DNA from: Octopus bimaculoides
Lineage: Eukaryota
DNA length: 64,000 nucleotides
Reading direction: 5' to 3'
Assembly: GCF_001194135.2 (NCBI RefSeq)
Contig: NC_068992.1
Coordinates: 46,445,678-46,509,677, forward strand
Positions 1-14,159 of this stretch are shown here, piece after piece (within the stretch, counting starts at the first letter, position 1; each line of letters begins with the position of its first letter). A program made the translations under genes and the position numbers. The notes beneath the pieces are model-generated. The model saw nothing but the letters and a program-made list of their open reading frames with translations. It was not told where the DNA came from and ran no database searches.

Positions 1-310
1 GGTGAAATTTTCGAAAATGGCAAGAGTGCATAGTACCGCTCTAAATATAAAGCTGAGTCGGAGAGAAGGAGTTGGAGAAGGTACTTGCTCTTGATGTTCA
101 GAGAGACCTTGTGTCAGGGTGACCACATCACCATCACGTCTTTTTTTTTACCTTTTATTCTTCTATACTATGCGTACTTATCTTCTTTGTTTTATTGTAT
201 ACTGTGTATACATTCAATTTTTGTTATCAATTTCATTGTCCGTAAACCCCACACACATGTCTGCTTTGTATTACCCTCCTCATCCTTCGCCCTGGTGGCA
301 AAGAAAACAA

Positions 311-390
311 ATCATCATCATCGTCGTCGTCGTCGTTTCCATCATCAGCGTCACCACCACCGTCATCACCATCTTCCTCCTCCTCCTCCC

Positions 391-429
<39 letters not shown>

Positions 430-441
430 TATCATCATCAT
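311..441. repeat. Compound (CAT/CGT/CCT)n microsatellite
   Basis: Direct trinucleotide runs; explains the poly-His and poly-Ile ORFs at 85-561 and 119-517. Confidence 0.95.
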
Positions 442-935
442 TCTCTCGCTGTTGATGTTCTTATTTTATTGTTATATCCCCGGGGTACATTACTTTCTGT
501 TTTTGACATTTACTTGAAGCTAATATATTTAATTAGACATGATGCTATCGATGGAGCTTGAAACAAACGACAATAATCTCATGTAAATTAGTGTTACATA
601 TACATTTAATGTTAGCACAATTACTGTGCGTATAAGATTGAAGCCGATACTAGTAATTGAGTAATATCATTTTGTTCTTTCCGAAAGCACGGGAAATAAC
701 TTTAAATCGTTCCGCGGTTTTTAAATGTCAGCCGCACACTGTCTATTTCAATGTACATAACTATTAGTAAAAGAAATATAGTTACGCACTGTTGAATGTA
801 GAAAATTTTCAAATGACCGCTAAATAAAAACCCTCAGTCTCCATTCTCATGAAAAAAATATAGTTAAGTTAATGCTAACATCTTTACTACAGAGTGAACC
901 AAAACAAACCGAGGAACAACTATGTGCCAAATATT

Positions 936-1147
936 GATTCCAATTTTGGCACAAGGACAGCAATTTCAGGAGAAGCTATAAGTCGATTACATCGACCCCA
1001 TTGTTCAAATGCTATTTATTTTATCGACCGACCACCAAGGATGAAAAGTAAGGTCAACCACAGGAAAATGTAAGCCCAGAAGGTGAGGTTGTATGAAATA
1101 CCGCTAAGTATTTCGCCCGACATGCTAATCATTCTGCTTGCTCATCT
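936..1147 (-). mobile_element. tRNA-derived SINE, family A, diverged
   Basis: Reverse complement aligns by eye with the + copies at 56125-56330 and 60781-60982 (gcagaat.gttagca..cgggcgaaat.cttagcggtatttc ... tcatcc ... gtcgataaaataa ... ggggtcgatgtaatcgact ... ccttgtgccaaaa). Confidence 0.8.
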
Positions 1148-1330
1148 ACTAAAAATGTGCCAAATATTAACACAATCTGATGAAAGTGATACATAACTAC
1201 GACTTATATACATAAGATAACATCCGAATTTTTATAAATCTATCAATATTTATATGCTTTCTCGCATAATGATGATAATAATAATCGTTTCTAATTTCAA
1301 ATCAAAAAACAAAAACCTAATAGTGATAAC

Positions 1331-1522
1331 TCTTTCTACTAATGGTACAAGGCTTTAAATTTGCTGAGTGGGGACTACTCGATTACATCAACATTAGTGT
1401 TCAACTGGAACTTATTTTATCGACCTTGAAAGGATGAAAAGCAAATCGACCTCGGCAGAGTTTGAACTGTGACGGTTGAAATGCCGTTAAGCTTTTTGTG
1501 CGGCGTGCCAACAGTTCTGCTG
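1331..1522 (-). mobile_element. tRNA-derived SINE, family A, diverged
   Basis: Contains cttattttatcgacc...aaggatgaaaagcaaatcgacctcggcagagtttgaact, the reverse complement of the family A body. Confidence 0.8.
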
Positions 1523-1539
1523 GAGAAGGCAAGCACTGC

Positions 1540-1665
1540 GACAACGACGACGACAACGAAGAAGAAGAAGAAGAAGAAGAAGAAGGGGGAGGAGGAGGAG
1601 GAGAAGAAGGTAAGGATGATGATGATTATGATGATGACTACGACGACGATGACGACGATCATGAA
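1540..1665. repeat. Compound (ACG)(AAG)(GAG)(GAT)n microsatellite
   Basis: Direct trinucleotide runs. Confidence 0.95.
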
Positions 1666-1918
1666 TGAACAACGAGGAAAAGTATCAAGAGCGCCGGGTT
1701 GGTTTCTTCACAGTGAATTCTAGTTTGTTGCTTTTGTTATTATTTAGGTATTCTAATTATCGATCTCGTTTTGTTTTATTTTCTTCACTCCTTCCGATAT
1801 CCATTTCTGAGATAAATGAAGCCAAATGAAGAAATATTTCGGCGTTTCTTTCTTTCCACCGCCACGCTTTCTTTTCTATACCTGCAAATATATAATATTT
1901 ATCGTATAATATAATAAT

Positions 1919-1953
<35 letters not shown>

Positions 1954-3445
1954 TCGAGCTGTGTGTTAACAACAATAAAACAAACTCAAAATAAAGAATG
2001 CTGAAGGAAAGAAGATGAAATAAAAGGAGATTTGTTGTTAAAAAAATATATACAAAGAGAGAGACAGCGGAAGGTTGTAAGCGTGAAAGTGATTGTTATC
2101 GATGATTCCTAGTAACGGTCAGTGAATAGTTTCAGTGGTGTGTCTGCTGAGTTACTTTTATTGATGAGACATCACAAAGATCAAATGATCACCGTGAAAT
2201 TAGACTATCGACGAGCATACGTGAGAGATGGAAGGAAATAAGTGTTATAGACTCAGGTTGCTAACGTATCAATGAAGAAAACTATATTGTAAATGACTTA
2301 GATAGAGATGTCTAAAAGGGACGAAGAATGAAGCGTTACTAATATCGTCTAGTACTTGGAATAATACAAGAGTTCTTATACCAAGAAAATATTATTCTTA
2401 TAGAATTTAATGATGAATATTGATAGACAGTAAGGGGATTCCTTAACTGTAAGATGTAAAATGCAATAACATATCCGGTATTTTTGAAAGCCGACATAAT
2501 GGCGTATGGCTTTAATAGTTAACTTCGCCAAATTCGATTATTATTTGCAGAATTAAATTAGATACATCTCGGAATGTCACCAAAATCTAATTTTAAATTG
2601 AAGATAATCACTATATAGATGACCAATGCCACATAATTTCAGTACAAATCCTTCTTATTTAATTACCAACTCATTCAATATAAAAGCCTGTTAGAATTAT
2701 TTAATATTTTTCCTTTTCTTCAAAGATGAACAAATAGGAAAAAGAAAGAAAAGACAAAGAATGAAAGAATTAGAATGTGTAAGAATTTGGACTTTTTGTA
2801 GTTAGAGTGATGTAATTATACACATTGGCAGTGGTGAGTCTGTCTATAAGAATACCTTCATGGGATGGAACTAACAACAAATTTACTATCCACAGAGAGA
2901 TACCATCTCTCATTTCAAAGTTGAGAAACATAAGCTAACAGGAAATTGATTAATTCGTAGGAAATATAAAACTGAATGATTTGTTGTTAAATGTATTTCT
3001 TTTGGTTGTTGTTTAACTCTCACCCAGCCTTGACTTGTAGAAGTAAAATCGGAGGTGTTCCATATCATTATTTTAAAATGTACTCTGTATAAGTTTATAT
3101 TAATTTCTTACATTAATTTCTTATTTAATGAGATGATGTTGGTAATTTGACTGTTATTTCTAGCAGATCTAGTTCCTTAGTTCATGAAATTTATTTAACC
3201 CAGTGGTTAATGACACGAGCTGTAACGATAGAAGTTCCAGTTACGATCAACACAGTATTTCATTGTATAATATTTCAAGAAAATAAATTACACTGTGTAA
3301 ACTTTATTTGTCTTTGATCTGTATGAGTTATTCCCTGTTTGCTTCTATCTATCTCTGAAAAGACATGACTACTATTCCCTTGAAACTTTGCTTCTGTGAC
3401 CTGGATATCAACGTTTTGAAACTGACCTACTTTCTATTACATTGC

Positions 3446-3650
3446 AAACAGATTCAACGCAGAGTTGCTGAAGTTGAATCATCGCTATAGCAAATATTCT
3501 GCTGAATACCACAGATCTCCTTGTCGGTTGCCTATATTAACCTCTTTGGTATGTCCTTTATGGCTGGCAATATGCGCATCTCTGATAATGAGCAGGAGTA
3601 GTGGAGCAACAATTTAGCCATGTTTTGAGAAAGAAAATTAATTTGGAGGT
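3446..3650. repeat. Probable decayed interspersed repeat (aaacagattcaacgcagag...ctgctgaataccacagat...)
   Basis: Resembles an Octopus interspersed repeat I recall. There is no second copy in the window, so this is unverified. Confidence 0.35.
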
Positions 3651-5559
3651 AACGTTAGTCATTTTTCATACTTTCTAAAGGTAAGTAAATAGAATATAGT
3701 AGTTGCTACCCAAGGGCAAAAGTCGTGTTACACAGTGTGACAAGCATGATGTACCACCAAGTCTTGTTTATTATTTAACTATTTATTAATTGTATTTAGT
3801 ATTGTCTTTAGTATTATTTTGACTTCACACTTTTTACTCCATATATATTTCCAGTTCCATTTTTTCCATGGTCTTATATACTGATATTGTGATTTATTTT
3901 CTCTCATTTTTAAATGTGTCTTCAGTGTTTGCTTAATCTCACCAGTTACATCTATCTGAATAGTCCCCTATTGTGGCCATTTACAGTATTTTTAAAAGAT
4001 CAGTAGCTACCTTGTTGCAACTTATTTTGCTCTGTACCGGAGCTACGAAGAAACCAAATTTGGTAGTTCTTCAGTATTTCTACCACTTAAATTTTGAATG
4101 TGATGACTCAAAAGAAATAAATATCTGAAAAACATAGAAATCCTCCCACAGAAATGATTTTGAAAATTCTGACTGCTGAAGGTTTTGTCTTGTAAATATT
4201 TACTGATTTTCCATATTAAATGTCTTACTACATTTACAACACATTATGTTTCCAAATTTATCTTCGTTCTTCCCGTTTCCACCCGTTTTCTCATCCATTC
4301 TTTTATTGTTCTTTGTTTCTTTCTCTTTTCTTTCGTTCTTCATGGCTCAATATTTTCCTAATTTGTTTCCTTATTTGCTTGTACCCTTTTCTCTTTTCTC
4401 TCTTTTGCTTTGCATCTTTACTGAATTTCTTTTCTGCTTCTCTTGCTTGTTCGTTTTCTTATTGTCTTTCTTTCTTTCACTCTTTTTTCCTACTTAATCT
4501 CTTCCCCTTCTACTTCTCCTACAATATAGATGCGATAAAATTGCCGATAATTCACAGATACCTCAATCAGTTAATTAGTTAGCCGTATCTATGCTATTGC
4601 ACACACAAACATAAAACGAGAAAAATTATCTCTTAAAGAAGATATTCCTTTGCAGGTTTGACCTTGATGTTTTCAATTAGTAATCGAAAGATTGGCTTCG
4701 TACAAGAAATAAGTCTGAAATGTTTTCTCTAGCCTTTTGTACCAAGTCAGATTATGGCTTCAAATATCCATTGCTTGCATTTATTCAATTGACACAATAT
4801 ACCATCTATGGTATTGTCTTCATCTAAGAATTATGAAAATATCAGAAGCTAAAGCTGCTAGGCTATTGAATTCCGGGGAATTCATCATTAATTTGGTTGG
4901 TGATTTCAATACATAATTTGTTCTGCTAGTAATAGGAGAAGGCATGGATGGTTGCCAGGCGAATACAGTTATGCTGAGAACTTACAAGTAGTCTAACAGA
5001 ATTGTAGTCGACACTTCTTCAATGGTAGATTGTTGAGCGAAGTTCTTCCTCTTCAGACATGAATATTCGGGTATCTGTAATGATTTACGTATCTAAATTT
5101 GATTAGCGCATATACGTACATCACCGCATACCCCACAAACAGACGCACGTGCTTGCACAAAAACGAACACACATCAGCATAAGGTAATATACTTACAGCA
5201 ATGCAAAATAATATGCAGAAGGTTGCGAGTGACATATTTCTTTCCACTAAGCGAAACGAATCAACCAATGAAAATCTAGTTAATATGAGCGTATGTAAGT
5301 ATGTATGTATGTATGGATGGATGGATGGATGGATGGATGGATGGATGCCATTGTTCAGTTTTATTTCAAGATTTCTGGCTAGTAGAGAAAGAACCGGTTT
5401 CTAACCTAGATCTAAGGCTCATTCATTTGAATTTCAACATCAACAACATGGTATTTTTTTTGTTTGTGCGCATCTGTTTGTGCAGATTTGTAAGTCTTGC
5501 TTCATATATATATATTCTTATGCATATAGTTGCATATCTAGACATGCTCATATATATTT

Positions 5560-6530
5560 AAATGATAAACCACAGGAAAGTTTTACAAATTTCTACAGTT
5601 CCAGTGATGGATTGGCCCTGTAGTTTCTAAGTAGCTTTATCCTTTCTGATCTTGTGAAGACTAATTTCTCAAGATTGGTATTTAGGCAATGTGTTACATA
5701 TTCCAGGGCTTCAATAATTACAGGTATATACCTGAACTTGTAATCTGGATAGAATAACTGCAGATTTCTCAATATTCTGAGTAGGTATTCTCTTTTTCAC
5801 TGAACTTCAGCTTTATGTTAACATCCGTGCTGCGCAGCTAATTTTCCCAATTGTACAGTTTCTCTTCTCTATCCAAAATACTTATATCAGGTCTATTGTG
5901 CTTACATTTTATTGAGGTCCGCACTGGCACATTCCTCTAATAATCCTTTTTAATATGAGTGGATGTGGCTTCTACCATACTGTGGTTCTTATTTTTCTGT
6001 GCTCAGGGTTATCCTTCCCAGGGATTTCATTATAGAATGTCCTAGCTACAACATCATGTCTCATCGGTAGATATTACCGTGATGATATTTTTGGACAACT
6101 GCTTATGATGTGGGTGATATGTTCGGTGTTACTACCACAAAGCCCGCATCAGTTTTCACGTTTTACTGCATTTCCCGCATCGCTATCCCTTTTCTGCATC
6201 GGGTACTTGGCTGATATTTCCTGTTCCTGGATTGCAAACGCATACCCTTCAAAGTGGGAGGTAGTAATCCGGCTATTGGGCCATGATAGAAAACGCTTTG
6301 ATGATCAATGTTACTCTCATCTCGGAGCTTTCTACTAATATATCCATGCATAGACTTCTGTTCAACTAGGCTCATCATTTTATCTGATGATACGTTGCGG
6401 TAGAGTCATGCAACTTCTTTGGGCATGTATTCGTGGTTAACAGACAAAGAATGTTGCTCAAGGAGTTGCCTTCCAAGTCTCAGGATCTTATCAGTCTCAT
6501 ATATGCAAACTTGGTCAAGGGATGCACTTT
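5560..6530 (-). mobile_element. Non-LTR retrotransposon 3' part with CCHC knuckle and restriction-like endonuclease (RLE family 2), pseudogenised
   Basis: Minus-strand translation across frameshifts: KSMHGYISRKL...SHFEGYAFAIQEQEI...CGLCGSNTEHITHIISSCPK...LPMRHDVVA...NVPVRTSIKCKHNRPDISILDREEK...EKENTY...LQLFYPDYKFRYIPVII...GTVEICKTFLWFII*. Confidence 0.9.
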
Positions 6531-7073
6531 GACACTTGGTGGTTAAAAGATGTTGCCAAAGGGATATGATACGATATTCAAAGGCATTTTGGATCGATGT
6601 TAAGCCTCTGCCCCTCGTTTTCGTTTTAGGTAGTGGGGGTCTACGTCACTGTTTATGTGCAAATTATATGTGCTTGTTCATATTTTTTGGGTTTTCATAT
6701 CAATGGCTCGGATCTCATTAAGCATCCAGTCAAACAGCCCAAATGTTGGTATGTATGTATGTATGTATGTATGTATGTATTTACGTATGTATGTAGGCTT
6801 ATATGTATTTCACAGTCAACAGATCAATGCAAACGAATACGTTAAAGAATTGAAATTGTTCTAATATGTTTACAAAACTGATACAATATTTGCATGACAA
6901 CATGAAGTGAAGGTGGGAGTGTACTTTAATAGTAATTTATCGAACATTTTCCCAGTTGAATGTGGATTAGATAAACGATACCTAGGACAAAGGTTATTTG
7001 CACTTTACCTTACGTACCGCAACAAACATGGCAACATTCATGGTAACACTAAAGGAATTTAGATGAGATTTTG

Positions 7074-7136
<63 letters not shown>

Positions 7137-8509
7137 ATACACACACACACATATATATATATATATGTATGTATGTGTGTATGTATGTATGTATATATGG
7201 ATTCAATTCCAGTTATTCTTTGCTTTGCTTTAATTATAGTTTGTCTGTGGGTGTATGTATATATATTTTGTGTATATGAGTGTCTTTGATTGTGTGTGTA
7301 GGTGTGCATGCATGCGCACGATTGTTCGTGCGTGTCTGTATGTTTTTGTGGGTGGGTGTGTGCATGTAGATGGATTACCCGTATTCTAAGGAGCAGTTTC
7401 GCTGATCTTTGTCGATGTCCGCTACTTAATGACTGGAAAGTAAGAAATTCGCGTAATAATCAAACACGGATGGATTATTACGCGAATAACGATTACTACA
7501 ATTTTGTTAAACTACTTGTAAGATTCCAGCATAATGACTGTATTCGCCGGTAACAATCTAAGCCTTTCCTATTATTACGAGAACGAATTTTGTATTGAAA
7601 TCACCAGCGAAATTAATGATGAGTTCCTATGAATTCAACATTCATAATCAGTTTTCAATAACCTAGGAAATTTAGCTTCTGATATTTTCATAATTATTAG
7701 AATATCTAAGCAAGAAGATAATACTATAGTTATTATATTGCGTCAACAGAGTTAATGCAAGCAACGTATGTTTGAAGCCATAATCTCACTTTGTACAAAT
7801 GATTAGAGAAAACATTTCAAACTCATTCCTAGAAGGAAACCCATATTTACCTTAGAATTCTTTTAATTGTCTCAGTAAGAGACTGACTCTTCCTGTGGCA
7901 TCCCTCATTAAAGGTTTGGTTGAAGAAATCACCCCTGGGTAATTATTCTTTTCTTCATAGTGCACTACATATTCTATCGTGGACTTAATTACAAAATTTA
8001 CTCTGTTAGATAGAAATATATTCAATTTCTTAAGAGAATTTCTTTAGTTACAGATATCAGATAAAACGAATTTTACATTTGGATGAAACGATTGTATACA
8101 TTTCGTTGTCAGTGGCAGTTTACATAGTTTTCGTCGGCGGTCAGCCGTGAGTTTCCAACTCATACCGCTGTGATTACGTGTCACGGAATTTACCATTAAG
8201 CTAATCGGCACAGCGACAAATTCTTCTGCAATTTTAGGATGTATAAATCTAGCATTATAAGACGCTATCTTGCGTTAAAAGTCAACAAAGTTTGCTTTAG
8301 AAGTGTTGAGATGTATTGAAAGATACAGTAAGGAAATAATTTTCTTCTCAAACGCAGTATAATGCTCGTACTATAGCATGGACGGGATAACCTATGCATA
8401 TTTTGCAGGAAAATCTGTAGGCGGCCAGAGACTCGAACTCACATCCTTGTGTGTCGGTATATATATATATATATATATATGTATTCTTCTACTATTCTAC
8501 TTGTACTAA

Positions 8510-8839
8510 CGGCCCTTTTTGCCGAACCACTAATTTACGGTGATAGAAATACACCAGCATCGATTGTTAAGCAATGATGGGGTGGGGGACAGAAACACAC
8601 ACACACACAATTATATATATATATATATATATATATANNNNNNNNNNATATATATATATATATATATATATATATTCGACAGGCTTCTTCCAGTTTCCGC
8701 GTACCAAATCTACTTGCAAGGGCTTCGTCGACCCGAGGCTCTAGTAGAAGACACTTGCCCAATGTGCCATGCAGTGGCAATGAACGCGGAACAAGCGTGT
8801 AGAAAGCAAGCTTTTTACCACACAGTCACTCCAGCGCCC
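8510..8839 (-). mobile_element. tRNA-derived SINE, family B, with internal (CA)/(TA) microsatellite
   Basis: gccgaaccactaa...caccagcatcgattgt then (CA)(TA)n and a gap, then cgacaggcttcttccagtttccg...tagtagaagacacttgcccaa...taccacacagtcactcc; colinear with 36840-37258. Confidence 0.85.
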
Positions 8840-8876
8840 ACACAAACACAGACACATACACACACACGCACGCACG

Positions 8877-8930
<54 letters not shown>

Positions 8931-9499
8931 AGACTCCTGGTATTCTAGAGATGAAGAGAGAGTCAGCATAAGTTGTGCCAGTATTTATGACGATAATTAT
9001 GGTGACTCTTATGACTATGGTGAATATGGTGTTACTGTTGGTATTGATATTGTAGGTGTTGCTGGTGACGATTGAGGCATTGTCGTTCATGGTGATGGTA
9101 ATAATGCTGATGATGATGATGATACAGATGGTAATGGAGATGATAGTGGTGAAGCTGCTGATTATAATACTCGTGATGCTGCTGGGGATTGTGGTGCAGA
9201 TGCTAATACGTTCTTGACATTTCATTATATATTTCTTCAGATGTGATTTCTCAAAAATTCCCCGTTCAGCGAAATTCCATTTTATTTACTTTTTATCATG
9301 CTTTTTCTTTTCTTGTATGCAACTTCCCCTTTGTTTTTCTTTGCTTTCTTGTAGCTTTTTTTTTATTGTAATGTTTTTAGCGTTGAAATCTTTAATGTTA
9401 TTTTTCTTGTCGGTGACGCCGCTGTCGTTGTTCTTGTCGTTCTTGTTGTTGCTGTTGTTGAAATTGTATTGCAGGCTTCAACATCAATAAAGTCACTTT

Positions 9500-9500
9500 T

Positions 9501-9543
<43 letters not shown>

Positions 9544-9830
9544 TAGAGAGAGAGAGAGGAGAGTGAGAGAGAGAGAGAGAAGAGAGAGTAAGACAGAAGA
9601 GAGAGAGTAAGACAGAAGAGAGAGTAAGACAGAAGAGACAGTAAGAGAGGGGGGCAGAGAAGAGAGAGCTAGAGAAGAGAAAGTTAGAGAGTGAGAGAGT
9701 GAATGTGACAAAAAGTGAGTAAGAGAAAAAGAGAGAAGGAGAGAGAGAGAGAGAGATAGAGAGAGAGAGAAAGAGAGACAGAGAGAGTTAATAGTAGAAT
9801 GAGAAAGAAAGATTAAAAGACATTTGAACA
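9500..9830. repeat. Degenerate (GA)n purine tract with a short 13-bp tandem unit (agaagagagagta)
   Basis: Direct observation. Confidence 0.9.
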
Positions 9831-11879
9831 TGAGACTAAAAGCTACCTGAAGCTCATAGTTACAGTAAAATCAAAAAGTTTGCTAGTGTTAATACACTCG
9901 CAAATATCAGAGTTCGTTCATTTGAAGAATATATCCCCAAGTTTGTTAGGGAGCACAAAGGTTCAAGGATTGACAACGTCTTTCAATAATCCAATTCTTC
10001 CTTGAACCATTGCATTTGATCCATATTTGATGTTAGATTTCTTTGGAAAATACGTGTAAGATATTAATGTGAAAATATCAGCGTTATATGAGACTTAGTG
10101 TTAAATGCAAGCTATAGTTTTAACTCTTTACGCGAAATTACGAATAATTTATTTCTTTACGAAATATTAGATGAAACGTAATGAAATATAGGAAAACAAT
10201 AGAAACACTAATTTAAACTCTTTGAGTAAAATAAGTCTGAGGATTACTAAGTGCGTAACATCGTTCATAGAAGACTCCGTTAGTGCAACAGAATTATTAA
10301 GAAATAACAGTATCCAAGAGAATGACTCTGACCAAACGGTTGCTGCCTGTTACCTAATCATGTCCTTCGTTTGATCAACCCTCAAGAGTCTCCTTCAGAG
10401 TCTCTTACGTCAAAATTACTATGAAATTAAGCAAGAAATACCTTATTATACAGAATTATTTAATTCATGCGTTTCATATCGTGCCAATTAATTTTCAGAA
10501 TATTCATAATAGTGGGTTGGTATGCTTCTGTTATGTTTCTGGTATGCCGCCATAACCACGTTATAGATGGCCTTTTGTCAAGGGAGATTACTCATAAAGA
10601 AAGGATAAATGATTTAGTCTGGTAAATAAGTTTTCTTGTGATTATGCAGCTAGCTTTATTACTTTTTCTTTGCTTTGTACTATAGTTGGTTAATACTATG
10701 GTACTTCACAGTTTGTTATGTTTATGTAGAGTTTCTCATGTATCAGCTTGACCTTGAATGCCGATATTCTAGTCAATGGTTACTTCTTTTACTTTCTTCT
10801 ATCGGAGCCTATTTCAGTTGCTGCATTTTTCAGTGTTATAGATCCTTCAAGTAATACATATGCTTCTTGGGTAATATATTATCATTCTCGTGTTGGGTAA
10901 TCTCATCCTGCTTGAGAAAATGGATGTAAGAACATTGTTGACGGCAGGCAATTTATAAACTCCTAAATATTGAGAATTCTAGAAATTTAAAAGAATTAAT
11001 GTTGTTATCTTCTCCTGCATGCTGTCAACTGTTGATTCTGGTCTGCTTACCGCTTCAATGAATGCTTCCTCATAAACGAAGCTGACTGATTTGTTGCTTC
11101 AGCCATAAATCTGAGATCTTTTCAATCCCAGAATCTTTCAAGAAGGTTACTATTTTAATGCATCAGTGAATTCTTCATCACCTGTGCCAGTCTATGTTTG
11201 TAGAGTTATTAAATTATTCTTATTACTCATGATCCATATTGCTTTCTTATTGTGCTGAATGCTCTCATTCTGCATTCTCTCACAGAAATTCATGGATACG
11301 TGATGATAGTGGTGTGTCCTCCACGGTTACGATTTTTTTGTTATTGTCTCAGAAACGTTCAGCTTTTTAAATACAATTCTGTCATAAGCAACTGGTCCGA
11401 CTCCATCTATTAGGTCCTTATTCATCAATGGGTTAGCAAATACAGTGGAGATGGACTGAACAATTAAATACGGTCATGGAATGTTACTACATGAGCAATT
11501 CTGGAAACGAATATGGTGCAGAGACTAAGCGACCCAGCTAAAAGAATAAGAAAAGAGTGAAGCTTGAAGCTATGAAAACCCTGCTATCAGAAAAGACAAC
11601 GAGAGAAATAATGAAAATGCAAATCTTACAGAATATAGAGAAACTACAGTAGAAGACAGGGTTAACATATCTGATAACCCACAAAAGGAGCAGCATTTGC
11701 TTGTTCGCTGAGAGAACTATATTCAAGCTGGAAGACAATGAAATGATTGGAAACCTGAGAGATGAGCTTGAATGGCATAATTTTCAAAAGTTAATCTATT
11801 TCAAAAGCGAAAACTTTCACTTATACCGAGCTTCGTACATAGAAATATAGAGACCTCAAAATCCTGTGGAAATGAGGGA

Positions 11880-12170
11880 ACAGTCATGTGGTGTCTATGA
11901 TTGAGTAAAATAGCAACCAAATCTACCCTAAATCGAAATCTGATATCCTAAGAGAGAAAAGAATCATCTGAAAGTTAATTCTACAGGGAATAGTAATTAA
12001 ATCTGCCTTAAATCGAAACCTAAAAGTTATCCTAAAAGAGAAAGTATCGTTGGATAATGAAGCATTGAACACATTATATCTAAATTAAAATATGGATTGT
12101 CCCGAGTGGACTGTCTATAAACAGAGCTGATCAATCAAAGCTGATCCGGAGCTAGACAACAATAAGAGCA
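11880..12170 (+). repeat. Probable decayed interspersed repeat tail with an internal duplication
   Basis: aaatctaccctaaatcgaaatctgatatcctaagagagaaaag recurs as aaatctgccttaaatcgaaacctaaaagttatcctaaaagagaaag. Ends gctgatccggagctagacaacaa, resembling a recalled Octopus repeat. Confidence 0.35.
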
Positions 12171-13864
12171 CCAACAATGACATGTTAACACTCTCTAGTC
12201 CGCCCACGTGAACCAATTATAATAGTAGAAAACTAAATTGTTATTAGAATTATGAAGAATTTAAAATGGTTAAAATGAAAGCATTGCAATGTAGTATTGA
12301 AATACATTAAAAATAATGTTCTAAAAGTTTGTGCGGTGATAGTTTCTGGTAGAGCAGCAACATCTCAACAGTGAAATTTATTCTGATTTGTTAAAGCAAC
12401 TATTATAATAAAATGTAATGGCAATGACCAACCCCACACCCACAATATCCACCAACATTACTTCCTCCATCATTACCACTCCCATTACTATTACACCCAC
12501 AACTACCAAGACAACCAGTACTTGGGTTTATTTATGGAGAAATGTTGGTAAAAGCTTCTGATGATAAAACTCTAAGAGGATGTATTAAAAATAGAAAAAC
12601 AAAAAACACCCCCGATGTAATGACAATGAAAATGATACAGAGCAACAATTATTATAAAAGAAATTTGGGAATTTATGTAAAAACTCATAACACAAAGTTC
12701 GTTGGTTGGTTCACAAATGAGTAATTAGAATTACTCTAATTAATAACCATTTCTTTGTTCTCTCGTGCTTGTTTAATATATTTTTCTATTTCTTTGATTT
12801 ATGTTCTTTTATTATAATTTCCGTTGAGTGCTTTTCAAATAACACTTTATACGGAATTGTTCTCTTGAGAGCCTTACATAACACAAACTGTGAAACGCGA
12901 TAGCAATCCCCTCAGATGGCAGCTTTAGAAATGCTGATACTTTAATGAAAAACAAATAGCGGACAAGTTTGTAATTTTTAATGTCATAGAAACACAATTT
13001 CACACACTAATACACATACGCAAGTATACACAAATGCAATCATAAATGCATACAAATAATTATAGATACAATGGCATATACACGTACAATGTAGCATCGA
13101 ATTGTGGAAAACGTTAATTGAAAAAAACTTTACTCATTAACAAAAATGTTTTGAAGAAATAAATCTAATATATTAAAAACGAAATTATTTAATGATTTAA
13201 TAAGAACTTGAGAAAACATTTTAGTGGATGTAAAGAAATGCAAGTTGGGTAAAATATATTTGGTAGTATGAATTAAATTTGTGATTCGAACTAATTTCTT
13301 TGGTATTTGAATTAACGTTACTGAGACATCAGTGGATAATGAGGCCAACGCACGTAACTGATCAAAGATACTTATCAAATAAAGGTATAGAAGAGGACTC
13401 AGAGATATCTAGTAGAAAGCGCAAAGTTCTAGAATCTCTGCGTTGCCTCATACAGTTTATTTCTCATCTTTCTGATTTCTAAGTTCAACTTTTTCTACTT
13501 CTGGTTTACCGTTAGTTATCGTTGCTGCGTGTTACAGCAAAGTAGAATGGATTATCGCATAGTTAAAGCATTGCTGACACTGGGTTACATAGTTTCATAA
13601 TTTCCATGAATGAAGATTACTAAAGATATAATCGTACGCTCTGCTTCGATATCGGGAAAGATAATCGATGTTGTAGAGAAAGGTAGTGATCTGCAGAAGA
13701 GTGACGTGAAATGTAGGTGTAGCGTGGAATTCGGTTGAACAAAGTAAATTGTTCAGGCTTCTGTCAGTATATAATCGCCCAAGTGTAAGATTCATGTTTA
13801 AGATGTAGAGAAACACGAAATCCACATATTTTCATATTCAAGTGTATATATACACATATATACA

Positions 13865-13900
<36 letters not shown>

Positions 13901-13901
13901 G

Positions 13902-13946
<45 letters not shown>

Positions 13947-14159
13947 TCCGCACATACTTATGTGAAAATATCAAATCGTTATTTATTAAAGAGAGACACG
14001 TTTACATATTCATAGATGAATGCAAAGACACATTCATATAGAAATAGGAAGAGATAAATAATTTTACGTATATACACACTCATAAATAGATACATTGATA
14101 TATCTATGTGGATATAAAGTGACAAAAATTTTAGACAAATAAGGGCTCACGTTCTCTGT

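Noticed and set aside
1757-1881. Minus-strand terminal exon candidate GIEKKAWRWKERNAEIF...KRDR*
   Set aside because: It has a usable acceptor but no linked upstream exon or recognisable motif; compatible with chance.
7370-7439. Plus-strand exon candidate ending AAA|gtaaga
   Set aside because: Weak acceptor next to GT repeats, ambiguous frame and no support.
9205-9250. Extra CUGANGA words as hammerheads (also near 17517, 42311, 45999, 60163 and 61131)
   Set aside because: They lack a correctly placed GAAA or the stems do not pair.
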